In this document: positions 40,913 to 50,909 of the stretch, in pieces
Layout: each line of letters starts with the position of its first letter
Position numbering within the stretch: the first letter of the stretch is position 1
Origin: Ignavibacteria bacterium
Lineage (GTDB): Bacteria > Bacteroidota > Ignavibacteria > SZUA-365
Assembly: GCA_016720835.1 (NCBI GenBank)
Contig: JADKJW010000001.1
Span: 616,230-680,229 of the forward strand
Reading direction: 5' to 3'
Length of the DNA stretch: 64,000 nucleotides
Translations under genes and position numbers: made by a program
The notes under the pieces: generated by a model
What the model was told of the DNA's origin: nothing
Seen by the model: the letters and a program-made list of their open reading frames with translations, nothing else
The model's database searches: none

Positions 40913-42364
40913 ATGCATCTCCTTCCCGGCAGAGAACGCATTCTCTCTCGACTGGCGGCTTCGCGGAAGCGCGCCGCTTTCTGGATAGACGTCGTCAGCA
41001 TCGTGCGGCCCAACGGCCTGCTGCTGCTCGCCGCCGTGGGCGCGTCGCTGTGGCTGCTCGGCAGGGACACGCGCGCGGTGACCTCGTTCTTCGACCGCTC
41101 CACCTTTTTCTCGCTCATCGCCATGCTGCTCGGCGCCATCGCGCTGTTCTACGTGGCAGCGGTCGTGGTGCCGTACCTGTGGTTTCTGCTGACCTACTAC
41201 ATCCTGCGCCGTAACCGCAACCAGATCCTGTTCAAGTTCCCGCGCGAGACCTGCGTGCTCGGCGAGACCTTCGACGTCGACGCGATCCTCCAGCGCAAGA
41301 TGCGCCTGCTCTTCGGCGCCATCACCTTCCGCCTCGTGTTCTGGAACTACGACACCACGGACTGGTACTTCCTGCTCCGCAGCCAGACGCGCAAGGGGCA
41401 GCTCTTCAATTCGACGGACCGCGGCGCCATCGCCAGCTTCTCCATGCAGTTCAGACACCTGGGGAGATTTCGGACTCGCTACTCCGTTGTAAAGTTCGAA
41501 GATCCGCTGGGACTGTTCTCGCTGCCCATCGTGGAGAAGGAGTATCACCCCACGGACAAGGACAAGAACTTCACGATCTACAGTCTCCCTGTCGCGCCGC
41601 GCGACGGCGTCTCGCCCTGGTACCGCAAGCGCATGACGGTGCCGGGCGCTTCGGACCAGAAATTCCGCGTCGCGGAGGATTACTTCGACCACAAGCGCTA
41701 CGAGCCGACGGACGATTCGCGGCGCATCCTCTGGCAGGTGTACGCGCGCACCGGCGAGTTGCTCGTGCGCATCCCCGAGCGCGATCCGGTGATCGATGCG
41801 GACCTCGACCTGTACGCGATCTTTTACAACTCCTGGCTCACGGGCGATTCCGAGCGCTTCCGCCGGTCCTATGACGCCTATGTGACCGCCATCGGCCGCT
41901 TCATCGAAACCCTGCGACGGCAGCGCGCGCTCAACATCCGCCTGATCACCGACTGCGCGCCCGATCCGCCGTACGAGGACGATCCCATGCTGGCGCACGA
42001 CGAGAACCTGCGCCGCGCGCTCGTGAGCACCCTGTGGCACCGCGAGAAGACGCCCGCGCAGTTTCTCGGCGACGCCGCCGCGCAGCGCGCGCACGACCGC
42101 GAGCGCATCCTCGTCGTGCACCCGCAGCTGCGCGTCGAGGACATCCCCGCCGAGCATCTTGGCATGTTCTCCGGCGCCTGGCTGCTCGGCACCGATGCCG
42201 TGGCGGAGACCCCGCCGCCGATGCGCGCGGCCGATCTGCTCTACACGCCCGAGCGCGGCATCGTGCGGGCGTGGACCGGCGCGATGCTCTCGCGCCCCTT
42301 CGACAGACAATTGCGCGTCAACCGCATGCGTCTGGCGCGCATGTTCCGGGAAACAGAGGACTAG
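40913..42364 (+). CDS. DUF58 domain protein (MoxR-associated)
   Basis: N-terminal TM helices plus DUF58 motif HKRYEPTDDSRRILWQVYARTGELLVR. Start at MHLLPGRE (40913), in frame with the long ORF whose upstream part is spurious. Confidence 0.75.
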   Translation: MHLLPGRERILSRLAASRKRAAFWIDVVSIVRPNGLLLLAAVGASLWLLGRDTRAVTSFFDRSTFFSLIAMLLGAIALFYVAAVVVPYLWFLLTYYILRRNRNQILFKFPRETCVLGETFDVDAILQRKMRLLFGAITFRLVFWNYDTTDWYFLLRSQTRKGQLFNSTDRGAIASFSMQFRHLGRFRTRYSVVKFEDPLGLFSLPIVEKEYHPTDKDKNFTIYSLPVAPRDGVSPWYRKRMTVPGASDQKFRVAEDYFDHKRYEPTDDSRRILWQVYARTGELLVRIPERDPVIDADLDLYAIFYNSWLTGDSERFRRSYDAYVTAIGRFIETLRRQRALNIRLITDCAPDPPYEDDPMLAHDENLRRALVSTLWHREKTPAQFLGDAAAQRAHDRERILVVHPQLRVEDIPAEHLGMFSGAWLLGTDAVAETPPPMRAADLLYTPERGIVRAWTGAMLSRPFDRQLRVNRMRLARMFRETED

Positions 42365-42382
42365 GCGGGGACGCCGTCGAGC

Positions 42383-44995
42383 ATGGCCATCGTCGAACGC
42401 AATATCGACCAGCCGCGCGACACCGCGACGCGCTTCCGCGCTTACATCCCCGGGCGCGTGCTGCCGCACGCGGCAATGATGAGCTACCTGATGTATTTCC
42501 TCAGCGCCTCGATCTCGACCGTGCGCAGCGCCCTGTGGCTCTTCATCGTCGCGTACCTGCTCTTCCTGCTCGCGCACACGCTCGCGGCCGCGCGGCGCAT
42601 CCGTTTTCCCGTCGTCGCGGGCGCCACGCTGCTGTTCGCGCTGCTGCTTGGCGTGCTCGCGCCACTCGCCGCGCCGCACAGCGAGGCGGGGTCCTACACC
42701 GCATCCGTGCTCGCGTTCTTCCTCGTCGCGCTGCTCTGTTTTTCCTGCGTGAACAACTACTGGTTCGTGGCGTGGCGCGGCTGGTACGTGGTGGAGCTGC
42801 TGCTCGTCAACGGCATGTGGACCGCGCTGGCCGCGACGTCGTTCGACGTGTCCACCGCGGCGATGATCGGCCTGACGCTGCCGGTGCTGGTGTATTCGCT
42901 GTACGTGCTGCTCTACGATTACACGTTCGGGCGGCGCTTGCCGTCCGACGGCAAGCGCAAGCTCACGCTGCGCTGGGTGGCCGCGCTGCTGGTGCTGCTG
43001 CTCGTCGCGCTGCTCGGCTCCATCGTCGGCACGGGCGGCGCGGCGCCCGAGAGTTCGGCGTCGTACAGCCTGCTCTCGAAGAAGAACGACCGCTTCGAGG
43101 TGCAGGACCGCGCGAAGCTCGAGGACGAATTCCGCATTCCGCTCGATTCGAAGGAACTCGTCTTCGTCGCAAACATCAGTCCGACCCGCATCAACGGCGC
43201 GAACATCGGAGCGTCGTATCTGAAATTTCACTCGCTGTACTCGTACGATCCCGCCGGCATGGAATTCAACGGCGTGAGCGACGAGTTCGAGGCGCCCGGC
43301 TTCCGTGTACGGGTCGTGCCGCTGGAAGGGACGGCGCAGGAGCCCGTGCACGTGACCGTGGACGCCGACGGCCGCGCCATGCTGCCGCCGTATGCGCTGC
43401 GTTTCGACGGACGCTCGTCGATCTACAACGTCAAGCTGTCCACCGCGCAGAGCTTCGGGCACAACCTCACCTACCGCTTCATCTCCTATCCCGCCACGGA
43501 CAGCATTTCCGTCGCGGGCCAGACGCATCCGTTGCTCGGCGTGCACCGTCTCTTCACGAAGGTCTCGTATCTCAGCGTCATCCCCATCGGCACCGCGGGG
43601 CAGTTCTTCCAGTTCGATCTGAACAAGGCCGTGATGGACCGCGTGTCCGAGTTCCCGGATGTCGAGTCCGCACCGCGGCAGTTCACGCAGCGGTATCTGA
43701 ACACGACCGGTCTCGATCAGGACATCGTCGACACCATGCGCGCGCTGCTGCGCGGCCGCAGTTCCGCGCGCGACCGCATCATGGCGGTCATCGCCTTCTT
43801 CACGCAGAAGGGCGAGGATGGGCGCAACGTCTTCAGCTATTCGCTGAAGCCCGGGAAATCGCCCGATCCGCGGGAATCGCTGCTGCACTACTTCCTGCTG
43901 AAGAACCGCCGCGGCTACTGCACGTACTACGCGACGGCCGCGACGCTGTTCTTCCGCGTCGCGGGCATTCCTTCGCGTGTGGCGGTCGGTTTCACGCCCG
44001 GCGAGGAGTCCGAGCAGAATCCCGGCTGGTTCTCCGTGTACTCGAATCAGGCGCATGCGTGGACCGAAATCTACCTGGGGCCGACGCTGGGCTGGATCGA
44101 CGTGGACCTGACGCCCGCTGGCGACGGTCCCCCTTCGCCGCCGCCACCGCCGCCCACGCCGCCGACGCCGCCCGTGCCGATGGACGCGCAGTTCTCACTG
44201 TCCGGCACGGTGGTCGCGATCGGGGACTCCCTCTCGCTGCGCCGCGCGCGACTGCAACTGACGAGCGAGGAGCAGGATTCCGTGCTGCGCGTGCTTCCCG
44301 AGGACGCGACCGTGCGGTTGCGTTTCGATGCATCGATCGAGAAGGACGGCATGCCATCGAAGGAGCGCAAGGCGGCGTCGGAACTCATCACCGCGCTGAA
44401 GTCCGGCGACAGCGTCGTGGCCACCGGGCGGCGCAGCGTCAATCCCGGCGCGGAGACCGGCGCGCTCGAGTCATTCACATTCCACAAGATCGCGCGCGTG
44501 AACCGCGCGCAGGCCGACAGCGCGCGCAAGACCCCGGCCGCGTCCGGACGCCGCGCGTGGTGGAGCACACCGCTCCCGTGGGCCGCGGCGGGCATCGCGC
44601 TGTTGCTCCTCGTGTTCGCCTTTCCGTCCCTGCATCTGCGCGTGCTTGCGGCGCGCGCGCGCGGTGCGACGAATGGCGGCACGCGCCTCACCGCCGCGCG
44701 CGAGTGGCTGCTGCTCGCGCTCCACATGCGGCGGCTCTCGCCCGAGCGCGAGACCGACCTCGAGTTCGCGCGGCGCGCGGGGTCCGTTCTCGGGACGCCG
44801 GTTGCGCCGCTCGTCGAGCAGTATCTGCAGTTCCGTTACTCCGGAGTCGCGCCCGGTGATTGCCGCGACCTCTGCATCGATACCGTGAGAAACGTGCGCG
44901 CCTCAATCCGACGCTCCGGAAGCGCCCGCGCCTTCGCCCTCCGTCTGAATCTGTGGGAGTATATCCGCTTCATCAACCGGAGGAAGACCGCATGA
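42383..44995 (+). CDS. transglutaminase-like membrane protein (TgpA-like)
   Basis: Multi-TM N-terminus. Transglutaminase core GYCTYYATAATLFFRVAGIPSRVAVGF…AHAWTEIYL. Pro-rich linker and C-terminal TM. Confidence 0.8.
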   Translation: MAIVERNIDQPRDTATRFRAYIPGRVLPHAAMMSYLMYFLSASISTVRSALWLFIVAYLLFLLAHTLAAARRIRFPVVAGATLLFALLLGVLAPLAAPHSEAGSYTASVLAFFLVALLCFSCVNNYWFVAWRGWYVVELLLVNGMWTALAATSFDVSTAAMIGLTLPVLVYSLYVLLYDYTFGRRLPSDGKRKLTLRWVAALLVLLLVALLGSIVGTGGAAPESSASYSLLSKKNDRFEVQDRAKLEDEFRIPLDSKELVFVANISPTRINGANIGASYLKFHSLYSYDPAGMEFNGVSDEFEAPGFRVRVVPLEGTAQEPVHVTVDADGRAMLPPYALRFDGRSSIYNVKLSTAQSFGHNLTYRFISYPATDSISVAGQTHPLLGVHRLFTKVSYLSVIPIGTAGQFFQFDLNKAVMDRVSEFPDVESAPRQFTQRYLNTTGLDQDIVDTMRALLRGRSSARDRIMAVIAFFTQKGEDGRNVFSYSLKPGKSPDPRESLLHYFLLKNRRGYCTYYATAATLFFRVAGIPSRVAVGFTPGEESEQNPGWFSVYSNQAHAWTEIYLGPTLGWIDVDLTPAGDGPPSPPPPPPTPPTPPVPMDAQFSLSGTVVAIGDSLSLRRARLQLTSEEQDSVLRVLPEDATVRLRFDASIEKDGMPSKERKAASELITALKSGDSVVATGRRSVNPGAETGALESFTFHKIARVNRAQADSARKTPAASGRRAWWSTPLPWAAAGIALLLLVFAFPSLHLRVLAARARGATNGGTRLTAAREWLLLALHMRRLSPERETDLEFARRAGSVLGTPVAPLVEQYLQFRYSGVAPGDCRDLCIDTVRNVRASIRRSGSARAFALRLNLWEYIRFINRRKTA

Positions 44996-46008
44996 GCCGG
45001 CCCGGTCGTTCTTCCGCCGTTCCCATCGGTCTCGCGACGCTGCTCGCGGCCGCCCTGTGCGCCCTCGCGCCGACAGTCCTGCGCGCGCAGGAGGAGTCCG
45101 ACCAGCTCGCCATGCGCCGCTGTCAGCGCATGCTGAAGGAGAAGCCCTTCGCGCAGATCGAGGATTCGCTCGTGCGCATCGCCGTGAACGAGATCATCCC
45201 GCGCAACCGCTGGCGCGCGCAGGATCTGTACCTCCTCGGCGTGACGATCGGCGAGAAGGCCCCCGACTGCTTCCTCGGCCCCTTCCTGCGCGGCCTGTAC
45301 TTTTCCGCCGTCTCCTCGGACCGGCGCGGACACGAGCGCGCGCGCCTCGAACTGGCCGAGGCGTGGACCGCCTGGCCCCGCGCACGCTATGCCGCCGAGC
45401 GCGGCAGTCTCGACGCGATGATCGCCCGCATGGTGCGCGACGGCGTTCCCTTCGCGGAGCAATTGTACCGCTACAACCTCACGCATTCCTACCTGCAGCT
45501 CAACTACCAGCTCTCGCAGGAGCATCTCGAACTCAACGAGGCGCGCGAGGCGTACGGCACGATACGCGCGCTGATGGAGGAGGATTTCGCGTTCGATTTC
45601 TACAGCCTGAACAAGCTGTCGTGGATGTACTACAAGTACCGCTACTTCGCGCCCGGGCCCGACACCCCGTTTCTGAAGCCGACCTTCACCGGCAACATCG
45701 ACGCCGCGCTCTCGAGCGCCTTCGCAGCGCAGCGCAAGATCGCGGCCTACCTCGCCGCCAAGCCGTCGCACACGCGCTACTGGCAGGACGAGAGCAGCAT
45801 CGGCTGGTACGCGGACGCGACCACGAACCTCATTTCCATCGCGTACGGCGTGCGCTGGCAGACCGATTCCGCCATCGTGTACTACGAGAAAATGCCCGAG
45901 TACATGAAGCTCCGGAACAACGGACAGATCATCTATCTCTCGGGCTTGAACTACCGCGCCGCGGAGTACCAGTTCGAGATGGTCGGCATGGCGGAGGGCA
46001 GCCGCTGA
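44992..46008 (+). CDS. hypothetical secreted protein
   Basis: ATGA overlap with the transglutaminase stop. Signal peptide MSRPGRSSAVPIGLATLLAAALCALA. Confidence 0.5.
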   Translation: MSRPGRSSAVPIGLATLLAAALCALAPTVLRAQEESDQLAMRRCQRMLKEKPFAQIEDSLVRIAVNEIIPRNRWRAQDLYLLGVTIGEKAPDCFLGPFLRGLYFSAVSSDRRGHERARLELAEAWTAWPRARYAAERGSLDAMIARMVRDGVPFAEQLYRYNLTHSYLQLNYQLSQEHLELNEAREAYGTIRALMEEDFAFDFYSLNKLSWMYYKYRYFAPGPDTPFLKPTFTGNIDAALSSAFAAQRKIAAYLAAKPSHTRYWQDESSIGWYADATTNLISIAYGVRWQTDSAIVYYEKMPEYMKLRNNGQIIYLSGLNYRAAEYQFEMVGMAEGSR

Positions 46009-46067
46009 GCGTCCTTTCCGAGCCCGGCGCCATCGAGCCGTACAAGACCCTCCTCATCTGCAAGGGC

Positions 46068-47192
46068 GTGCCCGAGCAGGCCTACGCGTTCCTCGACAAC
46101 TTCACGAAGAAGTACCGCGAGCAGCGCGGCATCGGACTCATCAGCACCGGCACCGCGAGCTACTGGAACGGACATCTCGACGAAGCCGCGCACGCCCTTG
46201 CGCTCGCCGCGGATTATCCGGAAGTGTTCGGCTACACGTCCTTCACGCGCACGCACTACGATGCCATGCTGCGCTCGCAGCAGGGCGCGGTGTACGAGGC
46301 GATGGCGCATCGCATGGACTTCGAACCGGCGCTCGCCGACGGCTTCTTCGAGCGACTCTGGGAGCGGATCGTGCGCTTCGTCCGCAAGCTCGTCTACACG
46401 TTCATGAGTTTCCTCTCGCGGCACTGGGCCACGGACAAGTACCTGCAGTTCGAGGACCGCCGCGAATTCCTCAAACCGTGGTACACGGAGAATCCGCTGG
46501 ACTACTACCAGTTCTGGACCATCCTCCGCCGCCTCGATCCGGAGTGGCACCTCGCGCGGCTTCGCGAGGCGCGCGCGAGCGACGTGCGTCCGCGCGCCGG
46601 CCGCTACTACGCGCTCTACGAGGCTGGCTTTCTGCATGCGCAAGGCAACGATGCGGCCGCGCACCGCATTCTCGCCGGCACCGGCCGTCCCCTCTGGGAG
46701 ACCGTCGACACCGCGTACGAGAAGCTTCTCGGCGCCATGGCCATCGATCTCGACATCGCCGTCACCGATGATCTCGGCATGGAGGAACAGCGCCGCCTCA
46801 CGGTGGAACTGTACCGGCGCTACCCGCAGACCGTGTTGCTCTGGGGCCACCGGCTCCCGCTCGCATTCCGGAGCGGAGACGTCAATCTCGGCCTCGTCCC
46901 GCCCGACAAACGCAAGGACATCGAGGACATGCTCGACACCTTCCGTGACTTCGATTTCGATTTCAGCGAAACCGATCAAAGTATTCCCGCACTTCGCCTC
47001 GGCATTGAAGCGCGTGGCGACACGCTGCTCTACTCGTATCAGGTCACGCTCAACGGCGCGCCGATCGCGAGCGGACAGATCTCTTCGATGCGCAAGCACG
47101 ACGGCGCCATCATGCGTCTCACCCCCGGCGACATTGCGAAGGAACTCGCCTACGGCGTCTTCCGCATCACCCCGCGCAACACCGCCTTGTGA
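46068..47192 (+). CDS. hypothetical protein (start uncertain; no in-frame ATG near the 5' end)
   Basis: Continuous frame-0 coding-like segment from about 46005 to 47192, upstream of moxR. The first plausible start is GTG at 46068. Confidence 0.35.
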   Translation: MPEQAYAFLDNFTKKYREQRGIGLISTGTASYWNGHLDEAAHALALAADYPEVFGYTSFTRTHYDAMLRSQQGAVYEAMAHRMDFEPALADGFFERLWERIVRFVRKLVYTFMSFLSRHWATDKYLQFEDRREFLKPWYTENPLDYYQFWTILRRLDPEWHLARLREARASDVRPRAGRYYALYEAGFLHAQGNDAAAHRILAGTGRPLWETVDTAYEKLLGAMAIDLDIAVTDDLGMEEQRRLTVELYRRYPQTVLLWGHRLPLAFRSGDVNLGLVPPDKRKDIEDMLDTFRDFDFDFSETDQSIPALRLGIEARGDTLLYSYQVTLNGAPIASGQISSMRKHDGAIMRLTPGDIAKELAYGVFRITPRNTAL

Positions 47193-47240
47193 GTGCATTC
47201 CAACCCGTCTTCATCCTTCATACTTCATACTTCATCCTTC

Positions 47241-48233
47241 ATGGCAACAATACCCGCAGACCAACTCGAACAGCGCATCGCCGATGCGGCGCCGCGCATC
47301 CGGCATTTGCTGGAAAACATTTCCATCATCATTCGCGGACAGAAGCCGAACATCGAGCTGATCCTCACCGCGCTGTTTGCCGGCGGGCATGTGCTGATCG
47401 AGGACTATCCCGGCAGCGGGAAAACCACGCTCGCGAAGACGCTGAGCGCCTCCATCGGCGGGGGCGACAGCGGCGCGATGTTCAAGCGCATTCAGTTCAC
47501 GCCGGATCTGCTGCCGATGGACATCGTCGGCTTCAACTTCTTCGACTCCGGCGCGAACCGCTTCGTGTTCAAGCGCGGACCCGTGTTTTGCAACTTCCTG
47601 CTCGCGGACGAAATCAACCGCGCGTCTCCCAAGGTGCAGTCCGCCCTGCTCGAGTGCATGGCCGAGAAGCAGGTGACCGTGGACGACAAGACCCACCCGC
47701 TCGAGAATCTCTTTTTCATCATCGCCACGCAGAATCCCATCGATTCCGAGGGCACGTACCCGCTGCCCTGGGCGCAGCTCGACCGCTTCTACTTCAAGAT
47801 CCCGCTCGGCTACGTGGACTATGAAACGGACCTCGACATCCTCAGCAACATCGACACCATTCTCGATGTGCAGGGACAGGTGAAGCCCGTCATCACGGCG
47901 TCGGAGGTGGTCGCGTTGCAGGAACTCGCCTTCCAGATTCACTGCGATCCGACGATCATCCGCGCGGTGACCAACCTCATTCACCGCACGCGCGAGACGC
48001 GAAAAGAAATCACCGTCGGCGCCTCCACGCGCGCGGGCATCTACCTGTTGAAGCTCATGAAGGCGCATGCGCTGCTCTCGGGACGCGGCTACGTCACCGA
48101 GGACGATTTCAAGATCGTCGCCTACTGGGGTCTGCACCACCGTCTCGTGTATGCCAACCGCAAGGCCGGCGAGGAGGTGTTGCAAACCCTCATCGACGCC
48201 GAGGTGGAGAAATTGCGCAACCGGGCCGCGTAG
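47241..48233 (+). CDS. MoxR-family AAA+ ATPase
   Basis: Walker A GSGKTTLAK and Walker B LLADEINRASPKVQSALLE; typical MoxR length. Confidence 0.85.
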   Translation: MATIPADQLEQRIADAAPRIRHLLENISIIIRGQKPNIELILTALFAGGHVLIEDYPGSGKTTLAKTLSASIGGGDSGAMFKRIQFTPDLLPMDIVGFNFFDSGANRFVFKRGPVFCNFLLADEINRASPKVQSALLECMAEKQVTVDDKTHPLENLFFIIATQNPIDSEGTYPLPWAQLDRFYFKIPLGYVDYETDLDILSNIDTILDVQGQVKPVITASEVVALQELAFQIHCDPTIIRAVTNLIHRTRETRKEITVGASTRAGIYLLKLMKAHALLSGRGYVTEDDFKIVAYWGLHHRLVYANRKAGEEVLQTLIDAEVEKLRNRAA

Positions 48234-48481
48234 CTGGCAGGGAATCCTGGACGCAATGGCCAGAACGCGGGATCGAAATGCTGGAGCAATGGAGTGTTGG
48301 AGTAGGAAAATGCAAGACCGGGTGGGACAGGCGTCCCGCCTGTCATTCTGTTTCCCGGCATTCCATACTGTCCTGAGACTGAAGATTCAACCCGACGGTC
48401 ATTCCGGGAACATTTTCGCGCCCCGCGAGTACAATGAAGCGGATACTCGCACGAAACCCTGATACCGCACGGAGGAGACAC

Positions 48482-49726
48482 ATGGGCATCACCATCAACA
48501 TGCAAGGCCGCCTGCGCGACCCGCGCCACGTGGACGAGCTCGCCGAAGAGGTCGCCGAATATGCGGAGGCCCTCGGCTGGAAACATGCCGTCGTTGCCGC
48601 CGCGCCGCTGAAGGGAATCACCATCACCCCGCACGAGGACTGCGAGTCCCTGATGCTGCTGTTCGACGGCGAAGGGGTCCTGCGCAATCCCGTCCTGCTC
48701 GGCACCGAGTACGACGCGCACGTCTTCGTCAAGACGCAGTTCGCTCCGTCGGAAGCGCACATCGCGCTCTGCGCCCTCCTGCGCTATCTGAAAGACAAGT
48801 ATTTCCAGATCCTGGAGGTGAACGATGAAGGCGGCTACTGGGAATCCAGCGACCGGGAGCTGCTTGAGTCCCGGATTCAGTTTCTCGCGGACAAGATGAA
48901 GCAGGTCACCGCCGCATTGTTACGGGAACCTGCGCCGACCGGCACCGCGAGTCCCGAAGATATCGCGGACAGCGTCGCGCGGGTCGCCGCACAGGTGTTC
49001 GATGATGGCGAAGTGCACACCACGGAGATGCTCGACCGCATCACCGGTCCGATGCCTCCCTTCGATCCCGACGAGCGCGCATCGTGGGACCTGCAGCGCT
49101 GGATCGACTTCTGGCAGGCCTGGGACGAGCACCGGAATCCCTCCCTGGCGGTGATGCGGACCCTGCCCGAGAGCGTGGTGTCCATCGAAAAAGCCCTCGC
49201 GGAGGAACGGCGCGTGCACGAGCAGTGGGAGGGCGACGGTTTCGCCCTGATGGCCTGCGCCGACGCGCAAATGGCGGCCATGCAGGAGGACGAAGGGCGG
49301 GAGGAAACGGATGCAGCCGACACCGGCGACTGGGATGGCGATGACGAGGGAGATGTCTGGCAGATGGAGGATTCGGAGGATGATCAGGCGCAACTGGACT
49401 TCGAACTGGCGCTCGACGAGCAGGATCCCGAGGCCTGGACGCTGTTGCTCGAATGGTATCAACGCTTCAGGAAAGCTGCCGATGCGCAGCCGGAGCATCC
49501 GGTGTCGACGTACGTGCGCTCCATCGTACCGGTGGCCTTGGTCGGCATCCGGATGGCATATGGCTGGCGGGACCGGGACGACATGTTCCTCGCCGTCCCG
49601 TCACGGCTGAGCGTCTGCGAACAGCGCTTCAGGCATATCGCGCGCGTGCTGCGCCTGTTGCGGGGAAATCCCTTCGAAGCGTTCGCCGCGGAGGCGGAAG
49701 GCCTGGCCGAGCGCTTTGGTGGCTGA
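48482..49726 (+). CDS. hypothetical acidic protein
   Basis: Coding-like ORF with a strongly acidic central stretch (DEGREETDAADTGDWDGDDEGD). No family recognised. Confidence 0.45.
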   Translation: MGITINMQGRLRDPRHVDELAEEVAEYAEALGWKHAVVAAAPLKGITITPHEDCESLMLLFDGEGVLRNPVLLGTEYDAHVFVKTQFAPSEAHIALCALLRYLKDKYFQILEVNDEGGYWESSDRELLESRIQFLADKMKQVTAALLREPAPTGTASPEDIADSVARVAAQVFDDGEVHTTEMLDRITGPMPPFDPDERASWDLQRWIDFWQAWDEHRNPSLAVMRTLPESVVSIEKALAEERRVHEQWEGDGFALMACADAQMAAMQEDEGREETDAADTGDWDGDDEGDVWQMEDSEDDQAQLDFELALDEQDPEAWTLLLEWYQRFRKAADAQPEHPVSTYVRSIVPVALVGIRMAYGWRDRDDMFLAVPSRLSVCEQRFRHIARVLRLLRGNPFEAFAAEAEGLAERFGG

Positions 49727-49911
49727 CACGCACAGGAGAATTTCGGATTGCGAATTTTCAATTTCGGATTGAATCATCTGCTATTTGCACGGTGAATCAA
49801 TCCTGTCTGTTGCGACAATGCCGCCTCACCATCGCTCGGTGTGACAAGAGTCGAAGGGGTGCTTGTCTTCAATCCGAAATTGGAAATCCAAAATCCGAAA
49901 GTGTCGAAGGC

Positions 49912-50754
49912 TTACCACACGGCGACTTTCCGCACGATGCTCTCTTTGCCCGTGTACGCAGTGGAGAAGTACAGTCCGCGAGGAAGATCTCTGAGGCTCA
50001 CGGATGCGCCCGGCGCTTCCACGACGAGCGAACGGACTCTCCGGCCCATCGCATCATGCACCATGACCGTCGCCGAGGCGACGCCGTTGCCGAGCTGAAT
50101 GCGCAGTACATCCGCGTATGCGTGCAGCGCAATGCTGCCGGGTGATGGCGTTCGATCGATCCCCGTCGTGGTGGAGCCTGCCCTGATGGGTTCGTTCGGC
50201 ATGGTATTGATGGCGTAGTCGCGCAGGGTGAAGGCGTTCGCCTGCGGTGAGACGTCGAGGCCGATCCACCCGTACACCCAGTTGTTCCTCACGCGCTTGC
50301 GCACGCCGAGGTAGAAGCCGGTCAGTTTGGTGATCCAATGCCCCTGGCCCGAGAGGCCGTAGCCGGCAAGCGTGCTCGGCAGTCCGTGACCGAACGTGGT
50401 ATCCCAGAAATTCGTCCAGAGGATGCCGGAGCCTTCGCCGATCAGATCACCGGTCCTGAATGCGAGCGGGAAGAAGTTCGACGCCTTGTCCACACTGCCG
50501 TCACCCGCGATCTGGTCGGAGCCTTCGGTTCCGGCGATGTTCACCTTGTCGTAGGTTTCGCCGAAATTGTCCGCGCCCATCGTGAAGTCCGTCGTGCCGT
50601 CCCGGTTCAGATCCAACCGGATGCTGTATCCGGAATTCACCGGCGGCATGATGGTGGTGTCGGGGACGATATCGGTATATATGATTTGCGCGAAAGCTTC
50701 ATTGCCGGTAGCAAGCGCGCAGAGTAGCAGCAGAAATACGGGAACACTTTTCAT
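49912..50754 (-). CDS. secreted protein with T9SS C-terminal sorting domain
   Basis: Signal peptide MKSVPVFLLLLCALATG; C-terminal Por_Secre_tail-like end. Confidence 0.55.
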   Translation of the reverse strand: MKSVPVFLLLLCALATGNEAFAQIIYTDIVPDTTIMPPVNSGYSIRLDLNRDGTTDFTMGADNFGETYDKVNIAGTEGSDQIAGDGSVDKASNFFPLAFRTGDLIGEGSGILWTNFWDTTFGHGLPSTLAGYGLSGQGHWITKLTGFYLGVRKRVRNNWVYGWIGLDVSPQANAFTLRDYAINTMPNEPIRAGSTTTGIDRTPSPGSIALHAYADVLRIQLGNGVASATVMVHDAMGRRVRSLVVEAPGASVSLRDLPRGLYFSTAYTGKESIVRKVAVW

Positions 50755-50909
50755 GTGCACTCCGAGCGTGATGTGAAAGTGACGTGTCTCCTTGAAGACA
50801 CGCGATTCACCCAACGGTTACGCCGCATGTCATCCCATCCCCGCGTCACCCCATCCCCGCGTCTCCGCGTCGTCCCTTTCCCCTTCACCCTTCACCCTTT
50901 CCCCCACCA

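Noticed and set aside
40898-44056. 1052-aa minus-strand ORF, and the 941-aa plus-strand ORF at 42034-44859
   Set aside because: Both overlap the DUF58 and transglutaminase genes in other frames or strands. Their translations are Arg/His/Gly-rich without motifs.
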